Part shown: in pieces, positions 46,925 through 60,700 of the stretch
How positions within the stretch are numbered: position 1 is the first letter of the stretch
Layout of the letters: each line of letters starts with the position of its first letter
Position numbers and translations under genes: made by a program
Assembly: GCF_018350175.1 (NCBI RefSeq)
Contig: NC_058373.1
Location: forward strand, 105,030,001 to 105,094,000
Direction: 5' to 3'
Origin: Felis catus
Lineage: Eukaryota
Length of the DNA: 64,000 bases
The notes under the pieces: model-generated
What the model was told of the DNA's origin: nothing
What the model saw: the letters and a program-made list of their open reading frames with translations, nothing else
Database searches by the model: none

Positions 46925-48309
46925 GAGAAAACATTTTTTGAGTGCTTAGAATTTTATGCCAAATTATAGGCCTACAAAAGCCTAATTTATATTTGGTATT
47001 TTAGTAAAATTGACAAAAAGACCTCAGAGGTCATTTTAGGTTAGCTCAATTCTATGTGAAACACACTGGCTAGAGTCATAGTATATGTTGATTATGAACA
47101 GACCTCATGATTCTTAGACCACGTCCTTTCACACCCCTCCTGGTGTGGTGCTAAGTTCCTACCTTCTCTTTTCCCTCTTGCTTTCATCTCTCCTGAATGT
47201 TATGTGGAAATTTGAAAATACAGTATTCAGAGCAGTCATCTATCCTGTCTTTCTGAGGTCAAATTGTAATAAACAAATCTGAGCTAAGAATGAATATCAC
47301 TTTGAGGAACATGTGTATACTTAATGACAAAAACACACTCTAAAATCAGAGGTCAGTAAACTATGGCACACTGTCTGCTTTCTAAAGTTTTATTGGAACA
47401 CAGTCATGTTTAGTCACTGGCTGCTTTCACAGTACAGTAGTAGAGTTTAAGAGTTGGAACACAGACCAAAGACCATATGTATCATAAAGTCTAAAATATT
47501 TACTATTTGGCTCTTTATTTCTATAAAGGAGTTTGCCAACCCATGATCTACATCATTGCTCTGGCTTGTTCTTCTGATGTTATTTACTAAGAATATTATG
47601 TCATAAAATAAAAATTTCATGAACATATATAAGAATATAATTGTCACTTAAAATGTGCTTTTCCATGTTTACTTAAGTTTGTCTTTATTATTATGGTACA
47701 ATTCACTAATTATAACCTATAAGGGCAGAAGTATGAAGAAATAGGCATTCTTTTCATTTACTTCCCCCCCAATTTAACATGAAAAAAATGTAAACAGGAA
47801 AGATAAATAGTGCAACAAATCTCTCCATCTAGATTGAAAAGTTATTTTCTAATATTTTTGCCCATTTTTTTTTCCTGAACTGTTTGAAACAATTACAGAC
47901 ATCATGATGCTGTATCCCTAAATGCTTCAGCATTCATCTCTGTAGAATAACATTATTACACAGACGATAGTATTAGGTATTCAGTCTGTAGTCAAACCAC
48001 CTCAGTAATCTGTTTCATTTTGTAACTTTTTCAAACCATGATAATTAAGGCTCACATTTCAGTCTTCACCTTCTCCCAGTGCTTATTTTTTTAAGAGCCC
48101 ATGCCAGTTGCTTTTATAGTCAGTCCCACATATTAGGTCTGTATTTCCTAGTAAGACTGGTATTCTTAAATTCAGTGTATTATGTTTTTGGTTTTATGTC
48201 TGAGACTCTAGTTCAAAACCATGGGTACTGACAAAATTTGTGCAAAAAATCTGAAAATAGTTATATAAGTGGGAAGTTCTCCCGACTCATAACTTAATAT
48301 TTTCTATAG

Positions 48310-48356
48310 ATGAAAGAAATGACCTGCCGTGATGTCGTTAAAGAAGTTGCAAAAAT
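48310..48356 (+). CDS. PSMA3: PSMA3 exon 8
   Basis: ctatag|ATG AAA...AAA AT|gtaagt; MKEMTCRDVVKEVAK(I). Confidence 0.96.
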
Positions 48357-50249
48357 GTAAGTTGAAATTTTTATTACCACTGACAAGTATTTCATTTGAT
48401 CTTACCTTATACATTAATTCTAGAGGTCTATTTTGTTTGGAAATAATTTAGTGCCTAAGGTGAATGTAACATTCTAATAACGTCTCATTATGGAGAAATA
48501 TCCATATTTCAAGTGACGGAACAGACCTCGTGATTCAGCAAATGGGATGGGGAAAAATAGCTTTAATGTAAAACTCTTATTAGGTGACAGAATTCACGAG
48601 GAGGAGGATACAACGGACCTGTAAGCACTTCATTTGATAGCTCCTACCCTTTCAAATCTCAGAGGTCCCAGTAATAGGCATCTTAGCTTACAAATTTTAT
48701 TTTAGGTTTTATAGCTAAATTATTTCTACACGTGAACCACGAAGCTGGCTCATTTATACAGTCTGTTTCTTTGGGCAAGGTACGTTAATCATGAAAGTTT
48801 TTTAAGAAGATGAAGAGAGCAGGTGCACCTGGGTGGCGTCTGACTCTTGATTTTAGCTCAGGTCATGATCTCAGGGTTGTGAGATTGATCCTTGCTTGGG
48901 GTCCATGCTGGGTGTGGAGCCTGCTTAAGAGTCTCTGTTCCTCTGCCCCTTACCCACTTGGGCACTTTCTGTGTCTCAAAAAAACAAAACAAAACAGTAT
49001 TTCAATACATTTAAAAACAGCTTTAAGAAGTCCTGAAGTGGTTCATATTACAGGTACATAGAATAGAATGCTTATGTGACTGCAGTAAGTAACCTCAAAG
49101 TCCTGAGTGACATGCTTCAGAATTCATGGTTCTTCTAGGTCAAAGAATGTAATAATAAGCATGTGGTATTTCAGAAAATCCAATGAAATGCTAAGAGTTG
49201 CAGCCAGCTTTTTAGACTTAAAATAAACATAATATTCCAGAGGATTCACGGCTCTTCTTTTCCACATGAGAACTACATCAACATGGTCTAGTCAGCAGTT
49301 TGTGCAAGTGCCTCAGGTTTTATAATTAATAATACATGCAAGGAAAAAAATCTAAGAGGCTTTATTATATATTTAAATGACATCCTTAATCTCTTCTAAA
49401 CTGATAGCTATAATAAAATATTGGAAGTGTTATATAATTTTGTCCTGTCACCACTGTTCCAACTGCCACATCACCTGCCTTCCTCCTCCCTTTTACCAAG
49501 AGACCCTTCCACTTCCCAGTTAAGAAGCAGAACCCATTCTGTGATTGTCAGTTAATAACATGAGGAACACTGGGAACTACCTGACAACTGCCTGGAAAAT
49601 AAAGAATCCTTACTGAACTGTACAACAGTTTAAATGTGATCAACTCCCATTCCTTCACTGAGAAATGCTTCTGGAAAACAGCCCTTACTACACCTTTTTA
49701 TTTTTAGGTGTAACAGCAGATGCTAATTAGTTCTGTGTAAGAAAGCCATCCCTTATCATTTAGTAAAATGGAGCACTATATCTTTTACTTAGTCTAGAAA
49801 ATTAAGATGCTTTCTCATACTATAGCAAGGCTTTAAAAATATCCTCCAGAGTAAACTGTGTGAAGATGCTGGAAAATGTAAAGAAAGTTTTGATATGATA
49901 GTTTTAATATGTTGTATGACAGTGCCTTCTTGTTTGTTGTAATTTGTTATGTATTATAGTTTAGAGGCCAGGTTAAGGGGCATATAGTGCTTATAAAATG
50001 GAGAAGAGGTTTAAAAAGATACCTGCCAAGAAGCTTCAGACTGGAGGGACCAGTAATAACTGCAAACTACTAAGTTAGTTTAAAAAATAATCACTTAATG
50101 AAAGGAATAAACAAATATCCTGAAAAGGCAAAAGTAACGATTGGCCTTTTCCCATTTGAGGAAATGTTTCTTTTGAGGTTATATTAGGGACAGATGATCT
50201 AATTTGTGCTGACTGTGCATGTTTGTATAGGACCAAATGTTAATTTTAA

Positions 50250-50363
<114 letters not shown>

Positions 50364-51084
50364 TAAGTCATCTGTACTAAACCTAATTTACCACTGGGTG
50401 CCTTTTTCTAATTTTAAAAATTGGTAATGATGTACATATTCATGTAACCACTGTGCTCTCTCTGGTCAACAAATAGACCAGCTCCCCAGATCACCCTTTA
50501 GGCCTCTCTGAATTCATAGTCCTCTGCCTTCTCCCATAGGTAGTTTTGCCTGTCATTCAATTTTCTGTAAATGGAATTACACAGTATATATTTATTCTTT
50601 TATCCCTGATTTATTTTCTTCAACATTCCATTTGTGTAAATTATTTGTGTTATGTACAGTATTTGTTCATTTGCCTTGCTGTATAGTGTTCTGTTGTCCA
50701 AATATATCACTAATTATTCATTTCCTCTTCTGCTGCTGGTTGGCCTCTTTCCAGTGGGTTTTTAAAAACTATAATGAATATGGGGCGCCTGGGTGGCTCA
50801 GTGCCAACTTTGGCTCGGGTCCTGCATCGGAATCTGTGCTGACAGCTCAGGGCCTGGAGCCTGCGTCGGATTCTGTGTCTCCCTCTCTCTCCGCCCCTCC
50901 TCTGCTCGCACTCTGTCTCTCTCTTTCTAAAATAAACTAAAAAAATAAAAACTATAGTGAATAGGGCTGCTTTACCATAAACAACTTTAACATTAGATGA
51001 ATCTTACCTATGGATTGGATACGTTGTATTGCAAATCACAACATAGGCCTCATTTCTAATTCATTTGTATGGCTTAATTTGCAG

Positions 51085-51149
51085 TAACTAAAGGAAGACA
51101 TGAAATTGTTCCAAAAGACATAAGGGAAGAGGCAGAGAAGTATGCTAAG
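51085..51149 (+). CDS. PSMA3: PSMA3 exon 10
   Basis: ttgcag|TA ACT AAA...GCT AAG|gtaagc; (I)[21 protein letters not shown]. Confidence 0.96.
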
Positions 51150-51549
51150 GTAAGCTGCAGCATGTCAAAACTGTCTATAGGTATGAGAGTAAGTGTTGAA
51201 TAATAAAGGAACGTGATTGATTTCTATTAAATAATACTTGAGGCAAACTGAACCAAGGACCAAAATTTTCTAGGTTATCCTCAATGGGGATATGTTTGCC
51301 CTGGTTCCAAAAATTTTGCGTGTGAAAACATAAGGTTTTTCAGGACATTTAATGCTTTCATTCCATGTGTTCTATCAAGAATATATAGTCTGTTCACTGT
51401 TGGAGCAAGATAAACTTAATTATCCTTTTCTTTAGTTGGGTATGTTATTCTAAGTGTTCATTTTTCAGCGACGTGCTTATTTAACCTTAGATTCAGGCTG
51501 TTACAACAATATTAAAAATTGATTTTAAGCACTATCTTTCTCTTAACAG

Positions 51550-51594
51550 GAATCACTGAAGGAAGAAGATGAATCAGATGATGATAATATGTAA
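51550..51594 (+). CDS. PSMA3: PSMA3 exon 11 (coding part, acidic C-terminal tail)
   Basis: taacag|GAA TCA CTG AAG GAA GAA GAT GAA TCA GAT GAT GAT AAT ATG TAA; ESLKEEDESDDDNM*. Confidence 0.97.
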   Translation, partial: ESLKEEDESDDDNM

Positions 51595-51685
51595 CATTTG
51601 CTTCAGCATCTATTTTAAATTTCTAATACAGTCCCGTGTAACTCTTTAGCCCTGTGGATTATTATATATCCACTGACCAGTTTTC

Positions 51686-51691
51686 ATTAAA
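51686..51691 (+). terminator. Likely PSMA3 polyadenylation signal (ATTAAA)
   Basis: First canonical-type hexamer, about 90 nt after the stop. Confidence 0.6.
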
Positions 51692-53559
51692 TTTTTGTCT
51701 TGTAACGACTGAAGTTTGATACCTGTGTAACAAAATTGGTGGGAGTAACCGAGTACATATTTACTTACTTGGCATTAAAATGTTGGTTTAGGTTTACTGA
51801 AAAAAATTCCTTAAGTGAAAATACTACAAAAAGAAACTTGGGAATCATTCATTCAGAGTTCCATTTCATCACTCGCCTAGAATCTAAAGATCATTTATCG
51901 CTGGGCTTTTGTGAAGTAAGTCCCTACCAACTCGGTAGGTATTATTTGATGCCGCTACTCTGTTTTACATTTAGTAAAATGACGGTTGGCCAGCAGCCAC
52001 TGTTAACCTTGAAGTGTGACACATAAGAAAGGTTTTAGGCTCAAAAGTGAATTTCTTTTCCCTTTTATTGCGGTGAGGAGTGGGTTTAAGGAGCCACAAA
52101 GTCCCTATTCTGTCACTTCAAAAATTTCTTGATCTGTAAAGTTCAACAAAAGTACCCAGATTTATGCTAAATAAGAAGTTAGACTACAATCGGTATTGAG
52201 GCCTGTAAGAACCACTGTCATAACCTGAACAGTACTCAAAGCAGGAAGAAACAGTTTGTAACTCAGGCCAAGTATGCCAAGTCTACAAACCCTTTACTGG
52301 GTTCATGCCAGTATCACTCTCAACTGTCATGCTTTCCTAAGAAGGTCATGTACTCACTGGAGTTTAGCAGCAGGATACTGCTGGACTTTGAACATCTCTG
52401 TAGTTCAAATAGCAAATCATTAGACATGAGTAGCTAACTACTATACAAACAAGTCAAGATTGTTTATCATTACCACAGCTTTTATATAAAATAAAACTCC
52501 CTGCTACATTTTATTCTATTGTGCTGTGAATTCACATCAGTATAGGGGCACCTGGGGTCACGTGGTAGAGCATGTGACTCTGGATCTCAGGGGTGGTGGG
52601 GAGTTCAAGCCCCATGATGGGCATAGAGAGGTTCCTTGAAACAAAAAATTCACGTCAGTATAGCTAAAAAAAGCCCTTTAAAAGAATAGACACTGGTTCT
52701 AAAGAAATTTCTAACTTTGAAGAGAGAAGCCACCTAAAAACTATAGATACTGTAACATAGATAACTGGAAAACTGTATAAACAGATATACCTATTTCAGC
52801 TATGAGACAATTGACTTTCATACATATTATATGTAAAATTAATAATCTAGGTTCAACTGTGGGAGGCACTCTGTAATTGCACCATTGAAATATTGATTAG
52901 CCTTTGTGGGGGGAAAAAAGCTGGTACATTTTACTTTGATAAGATTATAAATTTATTTTCAGAAAAGATCCAGTACCTTATTTACTGTAAACTCTCTTGA
53001 TATGGGCACCTGAAAAGAGAAATCAAAAATGTTTTAAAGAATCAAGTTTTAGTTTAGGGATTACAAAAAATATATTTAGACTATTAAAGCACTTATCTGA
53101 TTAAGACTATCCATTTGCTTCTATTTCCATCATTCATAAAGGGACCTGAAAAATAAAAGAGAAAAATCAGTTGTAGGTCGTATGTTTTCCTTTCTTTTTT
53201 ATTAAAAAAAATTTTTTTTTAATCTCTATTTATTTTTGAGAGAGAGACAGCATGTGAGCAGGGGAGGAGCAGAGAGAGAGGGAGACACAGAATGCGAAGC
53301 AGGCTCCAGGCTCTGAGCTGTCAGCACAGAGCCTGATGCGGGGCTCGAGCTCACAAACTGGACTCACAAACTGTGAGATCATCACCTGAGCCAAAGTCAG
53401 ACGCTCAACTGACTGAGCTACCCAGGTGCCCCAGTGTGTTTTACTCTTCAAATTAAGATTACAAATTAATGTTTTTTTTTCCTCATTTTGTAAAAACACC
53501 CACTTACCCAAATGCTATTAAGAAACTAGAGAAAATCCACAAATGAAAATCAAATCTTG

Positions 53560-53707
53560 GGCACATGCACCCCAATGTTTATATTTACAGCAGCACTATC
53601 AACAATAGCCAAATTATGGAAAGAACCCAAATGGCCATACGGACTGATGATTGGATAAAGAAGATGTGGGGTATGTGTGTGTACGTATAGTGTGTGTGTG
53701 TGTGTGT

Positions 53708-53766
<59 letters not shown>

Positions 53767-54112
53767 AATATTCCTCCATGATCAAAAAATGAAATCTTGC
53801 CATTTGCAACAATGTGGACGGAACTAGAATGTATTATGCTAAGAGAAAGAAGTCAGAGAAAGAGAAATACATGAATTTAAGAAACACAACAGATGAACAT
53901 AGGGGAAGGGAAGAAAAAAAATAAGACAAAAACAGGGAGACAAACCTTAAGAGACCCTTAAATACAGAGAACAAACAGCTTTGCCGGAGGGGTGCTGGGC
54001 ATTAAGGAGGGCACTTGTTGGGATAAGCACTGGATATGTAAGTTGATCATTCACTAAATATACTCCTGAAACCATTATTACATTATATGGTAACTAACTT
54101 GGATTTAAATAG
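53560..54112 (+). mobile_element. Carnivore L1 3' end (ORF2 C-terminus and 3' UTR) with internal (TG)n/(CA)n microsatellite
   Basis: catgcaccccaatgttt...cagcagcactatcaacaatagccaaattatggaaagaacccaaatg; gaaatcttgccatttgcaacaatgtgg. Confidence 0.88.
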
Positions 54113-55369
54113 AAAGTTTTAGGAAATGTGAATATCATCAGCTGTTGCACTGTAAGTACAAGACAATTTAATACAGTAAGATTAAATACCCTTTAATTAA
54201 AAAATCAAGTCTTATGTAGAACACTCATATTCTCTAAATTTTGAATTCCTTATTTTTGGAAATGGAACCCAGACCTATTTTATTTTGCATTCCTGCACTC
54301 TGTCATGTCCTACATTGTATTTGCCATGCTTAGGCTATTTAATAGTGGTTTTCCTAAGGACTTCCACCACCTGCCAAAGAAAGCCTTCTAAAGTGATTGT
54401 CAGATTTCTCCCTCTTGGCCCTGTTATATGTGTCCCATAAAAGTGGTCCAACTATTTTCTTTTTAAAAAAAGAATTCCAAAACTGAAATGTGTATGAGTG
54501 CAACTACTCTTAACCCCCACCAAGTAAAGCTTTTATTCTACCACTGATATTGTGTGTGCATCTATTAAGGTGTTCACTTTAATAAATTAAGTGTACCTCC
54601 CCACCATCCCAGCCCATGGGAGAGGTGTTCAAGAAATCCTGTCTTTGTATCCACTGGGTGTGAGCAGCAACACAGTAGGCATTCAAATGCTAAAGGTACT
54701 TTTTTTTTTTTTTTGAGCATTTGAATTACTTTTATTAAAAGATTGTAGTTGTGTATCCCTATGGAAAGTACAGGGTTATTTAAAGTTTACCTTCAACGCC
54801 AAATTTTTCTGCATAACATTACATTAGATGACATTAGAAATAATGGGTACTTCAAAAATTACCTGTTTAGATTTAACTAGCATTTATTGAACATCTACTA
54901 AGAATCAAATGCCTTCACTTCTTTGGTCTCATTTAATCTGATCTACAGGTACATATTTAAAATATTGAAATAATTCATAATAGTTAACTGCAGGATATGC
55001 ATACTATTTAAAAACACTGGATCAAAACTGTATCCATCAGGGGTTTTTAAAACTAAGATGAGCATGGTTTATGATCTGGAAAGATCTGGAAAACCCAAAC
55101 TCAGAAAATATATAAACTCCCTGGGATTTTTTTTTTTTTTATATAGAAGCACTATAATGACAGGATTTTTCTTGATAAAAGAAAAAAGAGCTTCCTCTCA
55201 GCTACCACTAATCACAAGAGCTTCAGAGTAAAAAATTAACATTGTAATTAAAACCAGGACAGCAGCTGATAAGCCAATGTAGGTTTCAAACTGGCTTTTG
55301 TCACTTAATAACTGTGTCACCTCGGGCAACTTACTTAATTTCCTCATCTATAAAATAAGGATTATGTAC

Positions 55370-56240
55370 CACTTACAATGGCATCAAAACCAGGAATACT
55401 TACTTAGGTATAAACTTTAATTTGTATAAGATTTTATGTTGAAAATTATAAAATGGTGACACTGACAATGAACTACATAAACTGATCAGAAGGCTCAGCA
55501 CTGTCAATTCTCCCTAACCTGATTTATAGATTCAATGTAAAACCCAATCAAATTTGCAAGAGGCCTTTTTTGGGGGGTGGCAGGAAATCAAGTGGTTTGT
55601 AAAATTTATATAGGAAAAGGAATTAGAATAGCCAAAGCAATTTTGAATAAGAAGACAAGGCCAACACCACCTGATCTGAAGACTTACTATAATATAAAGT
55701 TCATGTAATAAACATTATTAATGGAATAGAATGGAGTCTTAAAAGAGACTGACAAATATGGTCAATTGACAAAAGGGAAAAGGGAAGTCAGTGGAGAAGG
55801 ACAGCGCTTTTCCACACGTGGTGCTGGAATAACTGGACATCTATATGCAAAAACACCAGAAAACAAGTCATACCTTGTACCAAATGCGTAAGTCAAGGTG
55901 ACCATATACCCAAATGTACCTCAACTAAAACTTTCTAAGAAGAAAACAGAAGATCTCTGAGACTGGTTTAAAAAAAAATTCTTAGTTAGATACCATACCA
56001 AATGATGTATAAATGAAAACCGACAAACTCAATTTCACCAAAATTAAAAGCTGCTCTCCTAAAAACACCAAGAGAATGAATAAACAAAGACAAACTCTTA
56101 AGGGGAAAATATTTACAAATCACACATCTGACAGTGGATGTGTATTCAGAATGTATAAAGAACTCTCAAAATTCAACAATTAAGAAAACCATCCAGTCTT
56201 TAAAAATGGACAAGAGGTTTAAACAGACAATTCATACTAC
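55370..56240 (+). mobile_element. Old L1M ORF2 fragment
   Basis: Decayed L1 motifs (agattcaatg, tagccaaagcaattttga, acctgatctgaagacttactataa, tggtgctggaataactgg). Confidence 0.75.
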
Positions 56241-57669
56241 AAAAACCCCCCCTAATATTCCTTCTTAAACTATCCCACCCCTTTAAGAGGGAACTACCTT
56301 ACTTATATGTATCTCTACTCCTAAACACCAACTCTTAAAAAGTAAACGCTGGTGTACTGTAGTTAATGCATAAAGGCTGCTGAAGAGTAAAGGGTCCTCA
56401 TACAGCTTGAGTTTGTGTTTGAAATTTATGATTTGAACTTTTAATTTTTACTATGTGGAAACAAAATAGCATTTTAGGAAAATTCATTTAAAAATAAAGG
56501 AGTTCAACTATACAACTGATATGGGAAAGGGAACTATTAAAAACTTTTAACCACGAAAACCCAACAAGGCTTTAAGACCAATGTATGAAGAGAGAATTAT
56601 TCTTAAAACAGCACCAAGAAAATACTGATAATTTAGAGAAAGGGAAATGGTATACAAGAATTGTAGGTATAAAGAGGATAACTCATCACCTCTAGTAGAT
56701 AGACTGGTCTGGGTGAGCAGCAACTAGACAGCAACAAGCAATCATTTGGAGGCCTGAAGTGTATCAGACTGCCAGGAAAGATTATATATAAAATGTTTAA
56801 AAATAAGATATAATTCCTTTCCTGGTAAGAAAAACACATTTAAAAATCATGAGCAAGGTACAAGTTTCCCCTGCCATATAGAAAAGTATGAAGTAGAGGG
56901 TTCCTACAAAACCTTTCATAAGCCAAAATGGCATAAAGTGAAGAAATTACCATTAATTTACATTGAAAAATTTTTGAGCATTCCCAAACCCTGAAAATAA
57001 CCTTTCTTTTTAAAAATTTTTTAATGTTTATTTTTTAGAGAGAGATAGAGCCTGAGTAGGGGAAGGGCAGAGAGACAGGTAGACAGAACTTGAGGCAGGA
57101 TCCAGGCTCTGAACTCTCATCACAGAGCCCAACGTGGGGCTTAAATCCCTGAAACATGAGATCATGACCCGCTTAAGTGACTGAGCCATGCAGGCGCCCC
57201 TGAAAATAAACTGTATTAGTCTTTTCTGGCTTTTGGTAGCAAAAATGAGTACTAATGTAGGTCTTTTGTTAAAAGAGATGTGGTATGATACAGACTTTTG
57301 AAAAGCAGGGATAACTGTATCAGAATATGTATGCATGTTTTAGTATGAGTAACACATACTGTATGTATCCACTGAACTACAAATGTGTGCTTTGGGAAGG
57401 GGGAAGAAGATAAATTCTGACAAACAAGAAAGAGAATCTGGGGCAGTTTCCTGGAGATCTGGTAGATGAACTCTCCAATCGGTGAATTTAGGAGAACTAC
57501 AGATGGCAATAGTTACCAGAAAAAAACTTCTGAGATGCCACTAACCAAAACAAAGTAAAAAGGCTAACCAATATAAGATTATGAGGAACATAATCTAGAT
57601 GACAGTGGGAATGCATGGAGTAGATAACAGTTTCTCCATCTGGTTCAAAGAACACATGCGTAAGAATTC

Positions 57670-57778
57670 TCCATAGATTTGAATTCACGAGGTCTGAAGT
57701 GAGGCCCAGGATTTGTATTTTGAACAAGTATCTGGTGTGATGCTTATGAATACACTAAAATTTGAGAATCACTGATTT
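57670..57778. mobile_element. MER5A-like fragment
   Basis: gaggcccaggatttgtattttgaacaag...tttgagaatcactg. Confidence 0.6.
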
Positions 57779-60700
57779 AGACACAGGTTAGTAAAAGAAG
57801 AACTAACCGAAACAGTTAAAGGGTTTCAAGAGAGGAGATTTCTGTTACAGAGCAAAGTGGAGGATGAAGCTATAGGGACTGACAGTTACTGATGAAACTT
57901 TTCTTTCACTGGATTTTTAAAGAAATACAAGTATCAGAAATAGGAATATGTATCTAGATGATGAAAAGGGAAGTTTCTGGTAGAAACCTTATAGTAGATG
58001 GTATTGAATATCTTACGATTCAGCATCAGTTTTCTGAACATTTCCAATATGAGGGTGGACACAAAGCGTAAGTGCTCAACGATTAAACAGCATCTTTCAT
58101 ATTTTACTGACGGATCAACGAAGAGAAACAGCTCTGACTTAAGGCAGGTCAGGTTAATTTGGTCAGAGAAATTTCATAGAACTTGGTCCCACCACTGCAA
58201 AAGAACCTTAATACAAGATTCCCTTACCATCAATAGGAAGGGATTCAGGTTTACATTGAAAATATGTTCCACTAACACATTCTATTAACACCTAATTAAA
58301 AGTTCACTTCATAAGATAAAAAAAGATAATTTGTAATGTATAGCTAAATGTTCTATTTACCATTTTAGTTGCAAAAGAATTGTTAACTCTTCCCTTAAAG
58401 ATATTCAATATTCACAATGTAGCCAATTTCTATTTGAATCACCACTTGACCTTTAACCTGTCCCTATGGAAAAAGGATTAAATGTGTGGCTGAATGGAAG
58501 TTTTTATGTGTTTCTAGAGGAAAAAGTCTACTAGAAATGAACATAGATTCTTCCTTCACAGGCAATATAATGATTCATTCAGTACCTGACACACATTTGA
58601 CATGGAAAGCCTAAAGGCAAGCCACAATGTTGGCAAGTCATGCACTAATTATTTCTGACAACAAAAAGTTTCTTTTCCTTCCTGGCAGCCCTGTTTCAGG
58701 ATATGAAGCCAAATGAAGCTTTCTGACATATGACTTCATTGTAGACATGATGTGCCACCCCCCACCCCCCATCTAGATACTTGGACAGCCTCCAAAATGA
58801 AATTCAGGAGAGACGCTTTAAACAAAACTCAGGCGCGGCGGCTACTTTAAATCCATTCTTTTCCCTAAATGGAAATCTGACAAAACAGGAAGTACTTGGC
58901 AGCATATAGGAAGGAGCAAGTTCTGTGGTTTACGTACTTACTGATAACAGACTAGTTTTTCGTGACTGTGTAATAAAATGCAGAACTTCACATTTGAGAG
59001 GAAAACAGACAAAATTTACCTTGGTTACCAAGGTTCCCTCAGCAATTTAAAGGTCTTAAGGACAGTATCACATAGTACATAAACGAATAAGAAATGGGAA
59101 GATGGCTTTTATTTTTGTTATGTTCTCTCATATAAAAATCCCCTGTCTTGTGTACCACAATCTAAGTCACCAAAATTATACAAACACTGCAGGCAGTTTT
59201 ATGACTGCAAATAAACTGAACAAACATAAATACTAAAAGCAAAAAATAAAAACAAAAACAAAAAAACAGCTTGTTTTGTTTGAAGGAACCAACTTGGGGA
59301 AGAGATTTTTATGTTTCCAGAGGATTCAAGGTATCCCTAAATACAAATAAATATAAGTCCCTAAGTGGGCCATTAATATCAGCAGACTCAAAAACACACT
59401 ACCAACCATTATAAACCAACGAAAAGAAAACGAAAACTCCCCCTTGCTCCCATACCCCATGACACGATGTCTTTCAGCTGCTCCCCACCCTACCCCAATC
59501 CCCCTGCTGTTGAAACTAGAAGCATTTCCAGGTAACAATTTGTATCTTAACTTTTAAGCTATCACAATTAGGAGTACAACATTGTATCGAAGTGCTTAGT
59601 GAATGTTTAACACGGGATGTAAGGGATTATTATCCAGTCCATTCTTCCCACCCAAAAAGCAGGCTGAGATCCACAGTAAGTCAGGAAATCAATTTTGTCA
59701 GTCCTAACAGACTTAAAAAAAACATACAGGAGAAAATATTGGAGTATGCTGTACTTTGTTTTGTGTGTGGGCAGTACACATACATAGACAAAACAGAAAC
59801 TTCACTATAATGACATTAATTAGTGATCTTCCTTATTATTTCAAATATCTGTTTTGCCAAACAATGAAAATAATGAGAATGCCTATTAACTACAACAGTG
59901 AGGTAGGTAGGCTTCTGTCAGAATTTGATCCTATGAGATAGGAATAGCAGCAACTTCGTTAAGTGCTAAAATTATTGAGTCAATGCCTCAATGATTCAGA
60001 TTCTCAGGGGTTGTTAAATATCAATCAGTTAACCTTTCAGACACAGATATCAGAAGTGTGCTCAGGAATTCTTATTTGAAAAATATGGTGCTGAATTTAA
60101 GTACATTAAGAGCTGTAAGTATCTAGGCCCATGCCCTTTATCTCTAACAGCAGACACTCAAGCAGAGTAATGTATCCCAGGTCACAGCCAATGAGAATAT
60201 GCTTATGATTAGAACAGAGAACATACGGTTTTCAAATCCAGCGTTCCTATATTAAGATGCGTATTCAATGCAACATCCCACTGAACTACTGTAGAAATTC
60301 TGAGAATTTTTGAGCTAAGAGTAACATAATTGCCACTTTAGCTTCATGAATGCCTAATATCAGCCTGATACCTTAACTCATTTCCACCAGTCCCATTTCT
60401 TCTAAAGCTAGAGGCCAGACCCTATCAACATTATAGTAACCAAAGATCAGTGTCCTCAGAAACATCTCGCCAGCTTCTATTCTCCGACTACTTCTACTTT
60501 CATGCCTAGAGGCATAATGGTGATAAGAAAAAATGTATTTGTAAAGTGAGATTACCGACTGAGCCAGGTGGTTTGTATATTATGTTATTGGCAGATGTAC
60601 CCTTAGTCCTGACCAAACTTTTAATAAATTTGGACCACTGGTGATAAGGAAGTTTGGTGGGTGGGTACATCCATGAAAACAACAACAACAACAGCAACAC

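Noticed and set aside
57958..58037. C/D-box-like pair (ATGATGA ... CTGA, 80 nt)
   Set aside because: No terminal stem, no rRNA or snRNA guide that I recognise, and no + strand host intron here. An Rfam or snoscan search would settle it.
59331..59338. GTATCCCT U12-donor-like motif on +
   Set aside because: No upstream exon or matching U12 branch site found, and it lies outside both genes.
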